From contig CAZCJU010000003.1 of assembly GCA_964498965.1 (NCBI GenBank), forward strand, positions 107 through 64,106: DNA of 64,000 nt. The letters are read 5' to 3'. The DNA is from an uncultured Lachnospiraceae bacterium. GTDB lineage: Bacteria; Bacillota; Clostridia; Oscillospirales; CAG-272. The position numbers and the translations under genes were made by a program. Positions 52,713 through 61,357 of the stretch are shown in pieces; within the stretch, counting starts at the first letter, position 1; each line of letters starts with the position of its first letter. Under the pieces are notes generated by a model. The model had not been told where the DNA came from. It ran no database searches and saw nothing but the letters and a program-made list of their open reading frames with translations.

Positions 52713-53160
52713 CAGACATAACCTCCAAATTAATATTTATGATTTCGTGCCGTATCCTACGGCTGATTTTCGGTTAATAAGATTGTTTAGTAGTATGTGT
52801 AACATACTACTAAGGGGATATCCCCTTAAAATTTTTCGTCTTATTCGGTCAGCGTATCCGAACGTGCCGTCGGGTCATACTCTTTCACTTGAAAACCGTT
52901 TCGGAACGGTAAAATCCTTCGGCTCGATCTGCATCGATTCGTCTTCGACCGTGTTCCTCATTCGGAACATTTCGCATAAATCAAGTATAGCATAAAGTCA
53001 TCGAAAACGCAAGAGCCTTTTCAATATGCCTCTGCGGAAAATGAAACTTTTTCGTGAACATCATTTTCGTTTTGAGTTTTGAAGCGAATGATTCGACGTA
53101 ACGCTTTTTGTGATTTCGAGGCTTTGTCTTTCTGCGGTTTCAATCGATCCGGTCGCTCGC

Positions 53161-53200
53161 AAAATTAAAGGGAGAAGCCGCTTTTCACGCAGCTTCTCCC
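53161..53200 (-). terminator. Rho-independent terminator after PPIase gene
   Basis: Minus strand GGGAGAAGC-loop-GCTTCTCCC followed by TTTAATTTT. Confidence 0.65.
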
Positions 53201-53224
53201 GCGGGAATTATTTATTTAATCGGC

Positions 53225-54763
53225 TTAAAATTCCATTGCCGTGAATTTGTCCTCTGAATATGTCGGCACGATCTTTTCCTGTGCGGCTTCGTAAACCTCG
53301 CTGTAGTTATCGGAAAGCAACTGAGCCCTTGCCGAAGCAAGCGAACCTGTGTAGCCCTGTGCGTCGAAATACATTATGTGGTATCCGTAGTCTGTCTTTA
53401 CTATGTCCGAATCTCCGACGCTTCTTGAGGTGTCGAAGCACCATTCGTCGAATTCCTCGACCATATCGCCCTCGTAGATACCGTCGTACAGACCGCCCAT
53501 CATGGACGAGCCGCCGTCGGCGGAATAAAGCATGGCAAGCACCTTGAAATCGCCGACAGACGAGCCGCCGTCGGTGAATTTTTTATATATCGCCTCTGCT
53601 TTTTCCTTTGCCGTTTTGTCCGCTTCGTCCGTATCGTCGTCGGGAACTACGAGAATGTGACGCACGCTCACGGTCCTGCTCTCATCGCCGTACATCGGTG
53701 CGACTATCATCATTACCGTGTATATCTGTTCTTCATCGTTGTGATCGTAGTATACATCGCCCGCTTTCCTCTCTGTGTCGAACATCCAGTCAAGCTCGTC
53801 GTAGCCCTCGCTGTAGCCCTGCCCCGTGACCAGCGTTCCCTCTACCGCTTCTTTCCTTTCTTCCTCGCTCAGATCGGCATAGTATAATTGCATTTTAGCC
53901 GTTAAAACGGCTTCGAACTCGGCATCGCTCTTGCATTCCTTAAGTGCCTTCGCCATGTCCTCCGCCTGAGCCGCGGTGAGCGTTATTTCCTCGTCGTCGT
54001 AGTCGTCATCGTCGTCGCCCTCGTCGGCTGCGTCGGTTTCGGCATCGGTTTCCGCATTTTCATCCGTTTCCGATACGTAGCTTACGGAGAAATATCTGTA
54101 ATCCGTAAGCGAATACAGCTTTTTGTTTTCGTTATATTGAGCGTTTATCTCGTCAAGTGTGAATTCATGTTCGAAAAGCTCCGCACAGGCATATTTCATT
54201 GCGAGCATCTTGAGCTTTACGCATTCCTCTACCGTTTCCTTTGATACTTTGGAAGCGAATTTGCTCTCGTCGAAATCGTTCGCCAACCAGTCGGATATGA
54301 GCTTTTCCTCGTTTTCCGTGAGAGTTTTTCCGTCGGCTACCGCACTCTCCGCAAGCACTAAATACTCATTCAGATACGAAGCCAAATATTCCGAGCAGTA
54401 TTCGTACCACGTCGTGTCGGTCATTATGTACTGATCCTTGAGCGATTTTGTGTAGTCGACAAGCGTGCCGCCGTACAGCTCGATGTACTGTGCCGAGGTT
54501 CCCGCTATCTGATCGGCTATATCATACATGAAATATCTGACCATCTTGTCGTCTATCTTAAAATGCTCCGTTTCGTATATCAGTTCGCCGGAATCCGGTA
54601 CGGTAACGACTTCTCCCGTTGTGTCGGCACCGCTCATTCCGTCCGTGCCGGGTGTCGTGTCAACATCGACGACTTTGCAGGCGGAAAGTACCGTCGATAT
54701 AAGTAAAACGACGACACACAGCACCGAAAAATGCTTCTTTTCGAATAATTTCATCATATTCAT
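53225..54763 (-). CDS. PrsA-like peptidylprolyl isomerase lipoprotein (parvulin domain intact)
   Basis: Lipobox ISTVLSAC. Parvulin core VRHILV...FKVLAMLYSADGGSSMMGGLYDGIYEGDMVEEFDEW...KTDYGYHIMYF. Acidic linker ETDENAETDAETDAADEGDDDDDYDDEE. Confidence 0.85.
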   Translation of the reverse strand: MNMMKLFEKKHFSVLCVVVLLISTVLSACKVVDVDTTPGTDGMSGADTTGEVVTVPDSGELIYETEHFKIDDKMVRYFMYDIADQIAGTSAQYIELYGGTLVDYTKSLKDQYIMTDTTWYEYCSEYLASYLNEYLVLAESAVADGKTLTENEEKLISDWLANDFDESKFASKVSKETVEECVKLKMLAMKYACAELFEHEFTLDEINAQYNENKKLYSLTDYRYFSVSYVSETDENAETDAETDAADEGDDDDDYDDEEITLTAAQAEDMAKALKECKSDAEFEAVLTAKMQLYYADLSEEERKEAVEGTLVTGQGYSEGYDELDWMFDTERKAGDVYYDHNDEEQIYTVMMIVAPMYGDESRTVSVRHILVVPDDDTDEADKTAKEKAEAIYKKFTDGGSSVGDFKVLAMLYSADGGSSMMGGLYDGIYEGDMVEEFDEWCFDTSRSVGDSDIVKTDYGYHIMYFDAQGYTGSLASARAQLLSDNYSEVYEAAQEKIVPTYSEDKFTAMEF

Positions 54764-54814
54764 CAGACCTCGCTTGAGTATAAATTCGCAACGACATCAC
54801 ATCGTCCAAAGTCG

Positions 54815-54843
54815 AGTATATTCCGAATTATCGAATTTGTCAA
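54815..54843 (-). promoter_or_regulatory. Candidate sigma-A promoter for PPIase gene
   Basis: Minus strand TTGACA (54843-54838), 17-nt spacer, TATACT (54820-54815). Confidence 0.5.
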
Positions 54844-54904
54844 CCGAAAATATGTAAATTATTCAGCACGACCGCCGCCGACATAAGCCGACATAAATGA
54901 TATG

Positions 54905-55050
54905 CCAAGGCTTATGAAGGGATAAGATGGGAAAGCTTACGAGGAGTAGTGATGAGAATGCTTGTATGAGAAGTCAAAGGGTCGAAGATTTGCGTGGGAA
55001 CGGAAAGGTGGTCTGCGTAAGTGAGTAAAAACGGAAAAGTTTGCGAGGGT
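54905..55050. repeat. Degenerate copy F: run of GCTTAYGAGRRG-like units
   Basis: GGCTTATGAAGGG, AGCTTACGAGGAG, TGCTTGTATGAGAAG, CTGCGTAAGTGAG and TTTGCGAGGGTCGG resemble the CTTACGRGAGG tails of copies A, B and D. Hairpins are mostly eroded. Confidence 0.4.
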
Positions 55051-55106
55051 CGGATCAAAATTTACCGTATGTTCTCAAAATATTAATTAAATATATGTGG
55101 GTGGGG

Positions 55107-55135
55107 TTTACAAAACGGCGATTTTATGTTATCAT
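55107..55135 (+). promoter_or_regulatory. Candidate sigma-A promoter for lexA
   Basis: TTTACA (55107-55112), 17-nt spacer ending in TGT, TATCAT (55130-55135). Confidence 0.5.
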
Positions 55136-55186
55136 ATAGCAGCGTATCACATATTACAATGTCCCATATGCGATGTAAATTTCGGG

Positions 55187-55200
55187 CGAACAAATATTCG
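55187..55200 (+). promoter_or_regulatory. LexA (Cheo/SOS) box 1
   Basis: CGAACAAATATTCG compared with the Firmicute consensus CGAAC-N4-GTTCG: one mismatch in the right half. Embedded in a 19-nt direct repeat GGGCGAACAAATATTCGGT. Confidence 0.6.
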
Positions 55201-55220
55201 GTCGTCCGAAAAAGCGGGGG

Positions 55221-55234
55221 CGAACAAATATTCG
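55221..55234 (+). promoter_or_regulatory. LexA (Cheo/SOS) box 2
   Basis: Identical CGAACAAATATTCG 34 nt downstream of box 1. Both lie between the putative -10 and the lexA ATG. Confidence 0.6.
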
Positions 55235-55294
55235 GTATTGCGTGATCAGGGTCATTTAACCGAAAATACGAACGGCAAAAAAAGGGGCAACAAG

Positions 55295-55885
55295 ATGGAG
55301 AAGCTTACATCTACGGAACGCGAAATATACGATTACATATTCAAATCGATAGAGAGCGAGGGTTACTCGCCGTCGGTGCGGGATATAAAATCGGCATTAA
55401 ACATAGGAAGCACCTCGACGGTGCATGTATATTTACAGCGACTTGAGGACAAGGGCTACATACGTAAGGAACATGGAAAAAGCAGGACGTTGCGTATAGG
55501 GGGCGTTTCCGACGGAGGCATACCGATAATAGGACGCATAGCGGCGGGTTCACCCGTATTTGCCGAAGAAAATTTCGACGGTTATCTTGAATTTTCGCTT
55601 CCGCCGAAGTACCGCAACAACGAGGTATTCGCACTCAAGGTCGAGGGAGAGAGCATGATAGAAGCGGGAATATTCAACGGCGATCTTATAGTGGTTGACA
55701 TGACGCCGTATGCGGAAAACGGTGACATAGTCGTAGCACTCATAAACGACGAGGCGACGGTAAAAACGTTTTATAAAGAGAACGGGCATTTTCGGCTTCA
55801 GCCGGAAAACAGTTCGATGGCACCCATAATCGTAAAGGACGTTGCCGTTCTCGGCAAGGTCATAGCCTCTGTAAGGTACTATTGA
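55295..55885 (+). CDS. lexA: LexA repressor (SOS regulator, S24 autopeptidase)
   Basis: Trimmed to ATG 55295 (MEKLTSTEREIYDYI). Winged-helix SVRDI..ALNIGSTSTVHVYLQRLEDKGYI. Cleavage region GRIAAGSPVFAEEN. Catalytic VEGESM and ATVKTF (Ser/Lys dyad). Confidence 0.95.
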   Translation: MEKLTSTEREIYDYIFKSIESEGYSPSVRDIKSALNIGSTSTVHVYLQRLEDKGYIRKEHGKSRTLRIGGVSDGGIPIIGRIAAGSPVFAEENFDGYLEFSLPPKYRNNEVFALKVEGESMIEAGIFNGDLIVVDMTPYAENGDIVVALINDEATVKTFYKENGHFRLQPENSSMAPIIVKDVAVLGKVIASVRYY

Positions 55886-55913
55886 GCATCGGTTTCGGAG
55901 GACACGCAAGCAC

Positions 55914-58364
55914 ATGAAAAACAATAACATAACGATAACGATATACTGGCCGCCGACGGAGGAGTACATCAACGACGAGCAATACGGATATTTAGCCGAG
56001 GCGGGAATAGATCACATACTCGGAGCAGGCGAGGAAACGCTTCACACGCCCGAAAATCAGGAGAAGATGATCCGGCTTTGCGAAAAGCACGGCATGACGA
56101 TGACGGTACACGACGGCTCGTTCGGGCCGTCGCTCATCGGCAAAAACGCAGATGAGATAAAGGCGGCGGTAAGAAAATACGTTTCGTTCCCGTCGGTAGA
56201 CGGTTTTTATTTACAAGACGAGCCGTTAAATCCGAACGTATACATAAAGGCGGCGAAGGCGATAAAGGAAGAAGCACCCGACAAGACGCTTCATCTCAAT
56301 TTTTTCCCGTACGTCGCATATCCGGACAAAAAGACATACGAAAAGCAGATGCGCGACTGGTGTGCGTTATGTCACGCAAACGGCTTCGATGTTGATTTTC
56401 TGACATACGATATGTACCCGTTCGGTTTTGAAAAAGGTCACATGAACAGGGAGGCGTATTACGAAAATCTCGATATTTGCCGTCGTGTGGGGCTTGATCA
56501 CGGCGTAAAAACGGGAATATATCTGCAAAGTGTAAGTCTTATAGGCGGCTATCCCGCCCCGGACGCATACAGGCTCGAATATTCGGCGAATCTAGCACTC
56601 GCATACGGTTTCAAGTGGCTTTCGTATTTCACGTACTTCACGCCCGTAAACCGTCCGAACGAGAGCTTTGCCGACGGCATAATGACGCACGACGGCAAAA
56701 AAACGCCTTTATACGATACGGTAAAGCGGCTCAACGAAAGAATACATATGTTAGGCGAGCATATCGGCGACTGTGACTGCTTGTGGGTATACGGCAACGG
56801 CACATCATGGGGCAGGGCAAGCATACCCGAAACGCTTTTCGTTCAGCCGTGCGACAAGCTCAGCTACACGTTATCGTTTCTTTCCGGCAAACGAGGCTCG
56901 TACCTTATGGTCGTAAACGACAATTTTCTGAGCAAATGCAAGCTCAAGCTGAAATTCGACAAAAGGATAAAGGATTTGAGCTATTTAAGCTCGAACGGCG
57001 GCTTCAAGCCTTTAAAGCTTCATCGTCAGACAGCCGAAATACGGCTTGCTCCGGGCGGATGTTGTCTTATTTCGCTGCCGGAGGGAGAATACGATGTTCC
57101 CGAGGCGATCGAAGAGAACGAAAACAAGGCACGCTCCGCTTTGATATATGCGACAAGCTCGCTCGGCTCGAACGGATATTACATTTCCTCGTTAAACGAC
57201 GGGGTGAGAGCGGCTCGTGACGGTGACGGCGGCTGGCGAAGCACGTCCGACGAATGTTGCGACATAATAATCGACCTTAAAACGGTAAAAAAATTCGACC
57301 GTATCGACCTATATCGGAGCAACGCTTTGTTTTTCCCGAGAAATTTCGCCGTTTCCGTATCGACGGACGGCAAGAGCTACGACATTATCGGCTCGTGTGG
57401 CGGTTACGAGATCGGCAGCCGCAGTGTTTGCACGGTGCAGTTTGACGAGGCGGAAGCAAGGTACATAAAGCTGTCGATAGTCAAGCAGGTTTCGTCGCTG
57501 AGGCAGATAGAGGTATATCACGATCCCGACGGGGCGATCAAGGCTCAAAGTTCATACGAGCTGTACGGTGAAAAAGGTGTCACGGAGTACTCGAAAGGCG
57601 AAAACATCGCATTGGGCAAGCCCGTTTACGCTTCTTCGCAGACCTCGAAAGACTATCTGCAATGGGGTTGGAACGTGAGTTATCTCACCGACGGCACTGC
57701 GGAAAACGGCTTTTCGTCCGAGCCTAAAAGGAATTTCAAGCCGAACAGCGAGGAATTTGCCATAATAGATCTGGGTGACAAATTCAAGATAGACCGTGTG
57801 GACATCACCGCAAAGGGTCTTTATCCGAGGGATTATTCCGTCCTCGTATCGACCGACGGCGGAGCATGGCGAGAATTTGTAGCAATAGAGGGAATGAAGC
57901 CCGTACCCGAGGGCATGACCGTGGAGCATACGTCGAAAAGCGTGCTTACGGCACGGTACGTCATGATAAAAGGCACATATTTACGGGGAAACGACACGGA
58001 CGGTTGTATGTTGCAGCTCGGTGAGGTCGAGGTATACGGCTCACCCGTATGCGACACGACGGAGCTGAAAAAAGCGTTATCGATATACGAATCGCACGGC
58101 GGAGATATTTCCTCGTCCATATATACCGAGCCGCTGACGCTGGAGGAACGGGGAGAGCTTACGCAGAGCGGAGCGGAACGTTACACACGACTTTTGCTCG
58201 ATGCGGTAGACCCGGACGGTACGCTTTCGCTTGACGGCGAGGCAGCGGAGCTTAAGCGGGGAAAGCACGTATCGAAAAAGGCCGTCGGCATTGCGGCGGC
58301 GGGTGCGGCGGCACTTGCGGCGGCGGCTATCGGAGCTATAATCTACAAAAAGAAGAAGAAATAA
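55914..58364 (+). CDS. Large protein: N-terminal TIM-barrel-glycosidase-like region, two F5/8 type C (discoidin) domains, C-terminal TM anchor; no signal peptide
   Basis: GGAGGA lies upstream of the ATG. Discoidin-like segments (SSLNDGVRAARDGDGGWRS...ARYIKLSIV..LRQIEVY and VSYLTDGTAENGFSS...ARYVMIKGT..LQLGEVEVYG). Extreme C-terminus AVGIAAAGAAALAAAAIGAIIYKKKKK. Confidence 0.75.
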   Translation: MKNNNITITIYWPPTEEYINDEQYGYLAEAGIDHILGAGEETLHTPENQEKMIRLCEKHGMTMTVHDGSFGPSLIGKNADEIKAAVRKYVSFPSVDGFYLQDEPLNPNVYIKAAKAIKEEAPDKTLHLNFFPYVAYPDKKTYEKQMRDWCALCHANGFDVDFLTYDMYPFGFEKGHMNREAYYENLDICRRVGLDHGVKTGIYLQSVSLIGGYPAPDAYRLEYSANLALAYGFKWLSYFTYFTPVNRPNESFADGIMTHDGKKTPLYDTVKRLNERIHMLGEHIGDCDCLWVYGNGTSWGRASIPETLFVQPCDKLSYTLSFLSGKRGSYLMVVNDNFLSKCKLKLKFDKRIKDLSYLSSNGGFKPLKLHRQTAEIRLAPGGCCLISLPEGEYDVPEAIEENENKARSALIYATSSLGSNGYYISSLNDGVRAARDGDGGWRSTSDECCDIIIDLKTVKKFDRIDLYRSNALFFPRNFAVSVSTDGKSYDIIGSCGGYEIGSRSVCTVQFDEAEARYIKLSIVKQVSSLRQIEVYHDPDGAIKAQSSYELYGEKGVTEYSKGENIALGKPVYASSQTSKDYLQWGWNVSYLTDGTAENGFSSEPKRNFKPNSEEFAIIDLGDKFKIDRVDITAKGLYPRDYSVLVSTDGGAWREFVAIEGMKPVPEGMTVEHTSKSVLTARYVMIKGTYLRGNDTDGCMLQLGEVEVYGSPVCDTTELKKALSIYESHGGDISSSIYTEPLTLEERGELTQSGAERYTRLLLDAVDPDGTLSLDGEAAELKRGKHVSKKAVGIAAAGAAALAAAAIGAIIYKKKKK

Positions 58365-58368
58365 ATCT

Positions 58369-59724
58369 ATGAATATAATCGTTATCGGAGCGGGCAAGGT
58401 CGGCTCCGAAATATGCGAGCATTTGGCAACGGAGGGACACGATGTCACCGCCGTTGACACGGAAAAGCGTGTGCTTGACGAACTGTCGGACAAGCTTGAT
58501 ATAATGACCGTTTGGGGCAACGGAGCGGAAATGTCGAAGCTCCGCCTTGCGGGAGCGGAGCGTGCGGAGCTGGTCATTGCCGTCACGGCGAGCGACGAGC
58601 TTAATCTGCTCTGCTGTGCCTCGTCGAAGGCATTGGGAGCGAAGCACACCGCCGCACGTGTAAGGAGCCGCGAATATTCCGAAACGCTTTCCGTCATGAA
58701 AGAAACGCTCGGCTTGTCGCTGTCGATAAATCCCGAGCTTGCGGCGGCAAAGGAGATATCGAGAATGCTCCGCTTTCCATCCGCAACAAAGCTTGAAACG
58801 TTTTCGAGAGGTCGCGTGGAGCTTGCCGAATTTACCGTTTCGCCCGAAAGTCCGCTTTGCGACAAGTCGCTGATCGAGCTTAAGGGAGAAACAAAGCTCA
58901 GCTTCCTCGTTTGCGGCGTTGCACGTGGCAAGGACGTATTTATTCCCTCCGGCGATTTCGTTTTGCGTGCCGGCGACACGGTAAACGTGACCGTGTCCGA
59001 CAGCGACGTTACGAAATTTTTCAAGCACGCCGGCATATACCGCAAGGGTGTGCGTGATATTATCATCGTCGGCGGCGGCAGGATAGCGTATTATCTCGCC
59101 AAGCTGCTGGAAGAAACGAGGATCGACGTAAAAATAATCGAAAAAAACAAGGAACGATGCGATGTACTGTGTCGAGAGCTGAAAAACGCAACGATAATAA
59201 ACGGTGACGGCTCGAATCCCGAGCTGCTCGTCGAGGAAGGCATAGACACCGTGGACGGCTTCGTCGCTTTGACCGACATCGACGAGGAAAATGCGATAAA
59301 TTCCATGTACGCTTCCTCGAGAGGTGTGCATAAAACCGTTACCAAGATAAATCAAATGGCGTATATCGACTTTTACCGACGTGCGGGGATAGAGAGCATA
59401 ATTTCCCCGAAATACATAACCGCCGCCTTTATCCTGCGTTTCGTCCGTGCTATGTGCAATTCCGACGGAGCGGAAATGGAACGGTTGTATAAAATAATGG
59501 ATAACCGTGCGGAGGCACTCGAATTTTCGGTCACCGAATCCTCCGAGCTTACCGACGTGCCTTTGAAGGCTCTGCCGATCAAAAAAGACGTTAAGCTGGC
59601 GTGTATAGTAAGGGACGACAGGGTGATAACCCCGTCGGGCGGCGATATGATAAAAGTCGGAGATACGGTCGTCGTCGTGACCGCCGGAAGCAGCGTTCGC
59701 TCGTTAAAGGACATACTGAAATGA
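58369..59724 (+). CDS. trkA: Trk system potassium uptake protein TrkA (tandem RCK/NAD-binding domains)
   Basis: MNIIVIGAGKVGSEI and a second IIIVGGGRIAYYLA Rossmann motif. 451 aa. Confidence 0.9.
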   Translation: MNIIVIGAGKVGSEICEHLATEGHDVTAVDTEKRVLDELSDKLDIMTVWGNGAEMSKLRLAGAERAELVIAVTASDELNLLCCASSKALGAKHTAARVRSREYSETLSVMKETLGLSLSINPELAAAKEISRMLRFPSATKLETFSRGRVELAEFTVSPESPLCDKSLIELKGETKLSFLVCGVARGKDVFIPSGDFVLRAGDTVNVTVSDSDVTKFFKHAGIYRKGVRDIIIVGGGRIAYYLAKLLEETRIDVKIIEKNKERCDVLCRELKNATIINGDGSNPELLVEEGIDTVDGFVALTDIDEENAINSMYASSRGVHKTVTKINQMAYIDFYRRAGIESIISPKYITAAFILRFVRAMCNSDGAEMERLYKIMDNRAEALEFSVTESSELTDVPLKALPIKKDVKLACIVRDDRVITPSGGDMIKVGDTVVVVTAGSSVRSLKDILK

Positions 59725-61151
59725 ACCGCAGAATGCTTATCTACCTGTCGGGCATTATCCTTACGATAGAGGCGTGCCTGCTTACCCTGCCCGCCGCAGT
59801 CGCCGCCGCATACGGCGAGGATATGCTCCCTTTTGCGAAAACGATCGTTTGCTTAATGACCGTCGCCGTACCGGCAATGCTCGCAAAGCCGAAAAACACG
59901 AAGATCTATGCGACCGAGGGCTTCGTCTGCGTCTGCCTGTCGTGGTTGTTGTTGTCGTTCTTCGGTGCGTTGCCGTTTTATTTTTCTTCGGCGATACCGT
60001 CCTTTACAGACTGTTTTTTCGAAGCCGCCTCCGGGTTTACGACTACCGGAGCTACGATACTTACCGATATAGAGTCGCTTCCCAAAGGAATTTTGTTTTG
60101 GCGAAGCTTTACACACTGGATAGGCGGTATGGGCGTGCTTGTCTTTATGCTCGCCATTCTTCCGTCAAACGCCGGTGCGATACACCTTATGCGTGCGGAG
60201 GTTCCCGGCCCGACTAAAGGCAAGCTCACGCCGAAGCTGCGTTCGACGGCTAAAATACTTTACGGTATATACATCGCCTTGACCGTGATAATGATAATTG
60301 CCCTGCTTTTGTGCGGTCAAAGCCTGTACGAAAGCACGGTGGACGCTCTCGCCACGGCGGGTACGGGCGGCTTTTCGATAAAAAACAATTCCGTCGCCGG
60401 ATATAACGATCCCGCCGTCGAATGGGTCATTGCCGTTTTCATGATACTGTTCGGTGTGAATTTCAATATGTATTACCTGATATTGATAGGTCATGCCAAG
60501 GATATATTCAAAAACGAAGAGCTTAGATGCTATTTCGCCGTAATGGCGGCAAGCATAGCGACGATTGCCGTCAATATCTACGGGCTTTACGGCTCAATAT
60601 CGACAACGTTGCGTCACAGCACTTTTCAGGTAGCGTCGATAATGTCTACGGCAGGCTATTCCACCGTTGATTATAATAATTGGGGCGAGTTGTCAAAAAC
60701 GGTGCTGTTCGTGCTGACCGCGGTCGGTGCCTGTGCAGGCTCTACGGCGGGCGGACTTAAAATATCGAGAATAATCATACTCGTTAAAAACGCATTCAGA
60801 GAAATAAAACATATGATACGTCCCAGATCCGTCAATGTCATACGTCTCGACGGCGAAGCGGTGGACGAGGAAACCGTGAAAAGAGCCGGAAACTATTTTT
60901 CGCTCTATATCGCCGTCATAGTACTCGTAACACTCGTGATAAGTGCGGACGGCTTCGACCTGACAACGAATATCACAGCCGCATTGACGTGCGTGAATAA
61001 CGTCGGACCGGGTCTTAACCTCGTCGGACCGTCGGGCAGCTTCGCAATTTATTCGGAGCTGTCGAAATGGACGCTGTCCTTTGCGATGATAGTCGGCAGA
61101 CTCGAAATATTGCCGTTCATGGTCCTCTTCTCCCCACTCGCAAGAAAATAA
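59721..61151 (+). CDS. trkH: Trk/Ktr-type potassium transporter membrane subunit TrkH
   Basis: Trimmed to ATG 59721 (ATGA overlap with trkA). Repeated selectivity-filter-like GFTTTG, TAGTGGF and STAGYST segments. About 10 TM helices. Confidence 0.9.
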   Translation: MNRRMLIYLSGIILTIEACLLTLPAAVAAAYGEDMLPFAKTIVCLMTVAVPAMLAKPKNTKIYATEGFVCVCLSWLLLSFFGALPFYFSSAIPSFTDCFFEAASGFTTTGATILTDIESLPKGILFWRSFTHWIGGMGVLVFMLAILPSNAGAIHLMRAEVPGPTKGKLTPKLRSTAKILYGIYIALTVIMIIALLLCGQSLYESTVDALATAGTGGFSIKNNSVAGYNDPAVEWVIAVFMILFGVNFNMYYLILIGHAKDIFKNEELRCYFAVMAASIATIAVNIYGLYGSISTTLRHSTFQVASIMSTAGYSTVDYNNWGELSKTVLFVLTAVGACAGSTAGGLKISRIIILVKNAFREIKHMIRPRSVNVIRLDGEAVDEETVKRAGNYFSLYIAVIVLVTLVISADGFDLTTNITAALTCVNNVGPGLNLVGPSGSFAIYSELSKWTLSFAMIVGRLEILPFMVLFSPLARK

Positions 61152-61164
61152 TATCGAATTAAAG

Positions 61165-61245
61165 CCCTCCTCTTTTGCTCTCTCCCCAAGCCTTCCCCCG
61201 GGGAGGGTGGCAACACGAAGGATCGACGGATGAGGGTTTCGCCTT
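61165..61245 (-). repeat. Copy E of the hairpin repeat family (inverted orientation)
   Basis: The reverse complement AAACCCTCATCCGTCGATCCTTCGTGTTGCCACCCTCCCCGGGGGAAGGCTTGGGGAGAGAGC aligns base-for-base with copy A positions 14338-14400. Confidence 0.75.
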
Positions 61246-61357
61246 GAAAAAATTTCAATCAACAAATTTGTTTACAAAAAATTAATAAAATACCCCGAAA
61301 ATTCACCTCATTATAAGCCATTACAGTATGAAGAGATGTAAAGGAGTACAATGCAGC

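Noticed and set aside
52860-53160. Possible transposase or toxin pseudogene remnant upstream of the adhesin gene
   Set aside because: Only short stop-interrupted frames are present, and I cannot match them to any family by eye. I reported the region as a finding to be checked, not as a pseudogene feature.
48594-55050. Whether the recurring GGCTTACGRG / CCTTCCCC..GGGGAAGG units constitute a CRISPR array
   Set aside because: The units are not identical, the spacing is irregular (20-45 nt within a locus, kilobases between loci), there are no unique spacers of constant length and no cas genes. I classify them as dispersed REP-like repeats instead.
58077-59355. Two long minus-strand ORFs (329 and 339 aa) opposite trkA and the end of the discoidin gene
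   Set aside because: They are mutually overlapping antisense frames with S/R/A-rich low-information sequence. trkA on the plus strand has clear Rossmann motifs.
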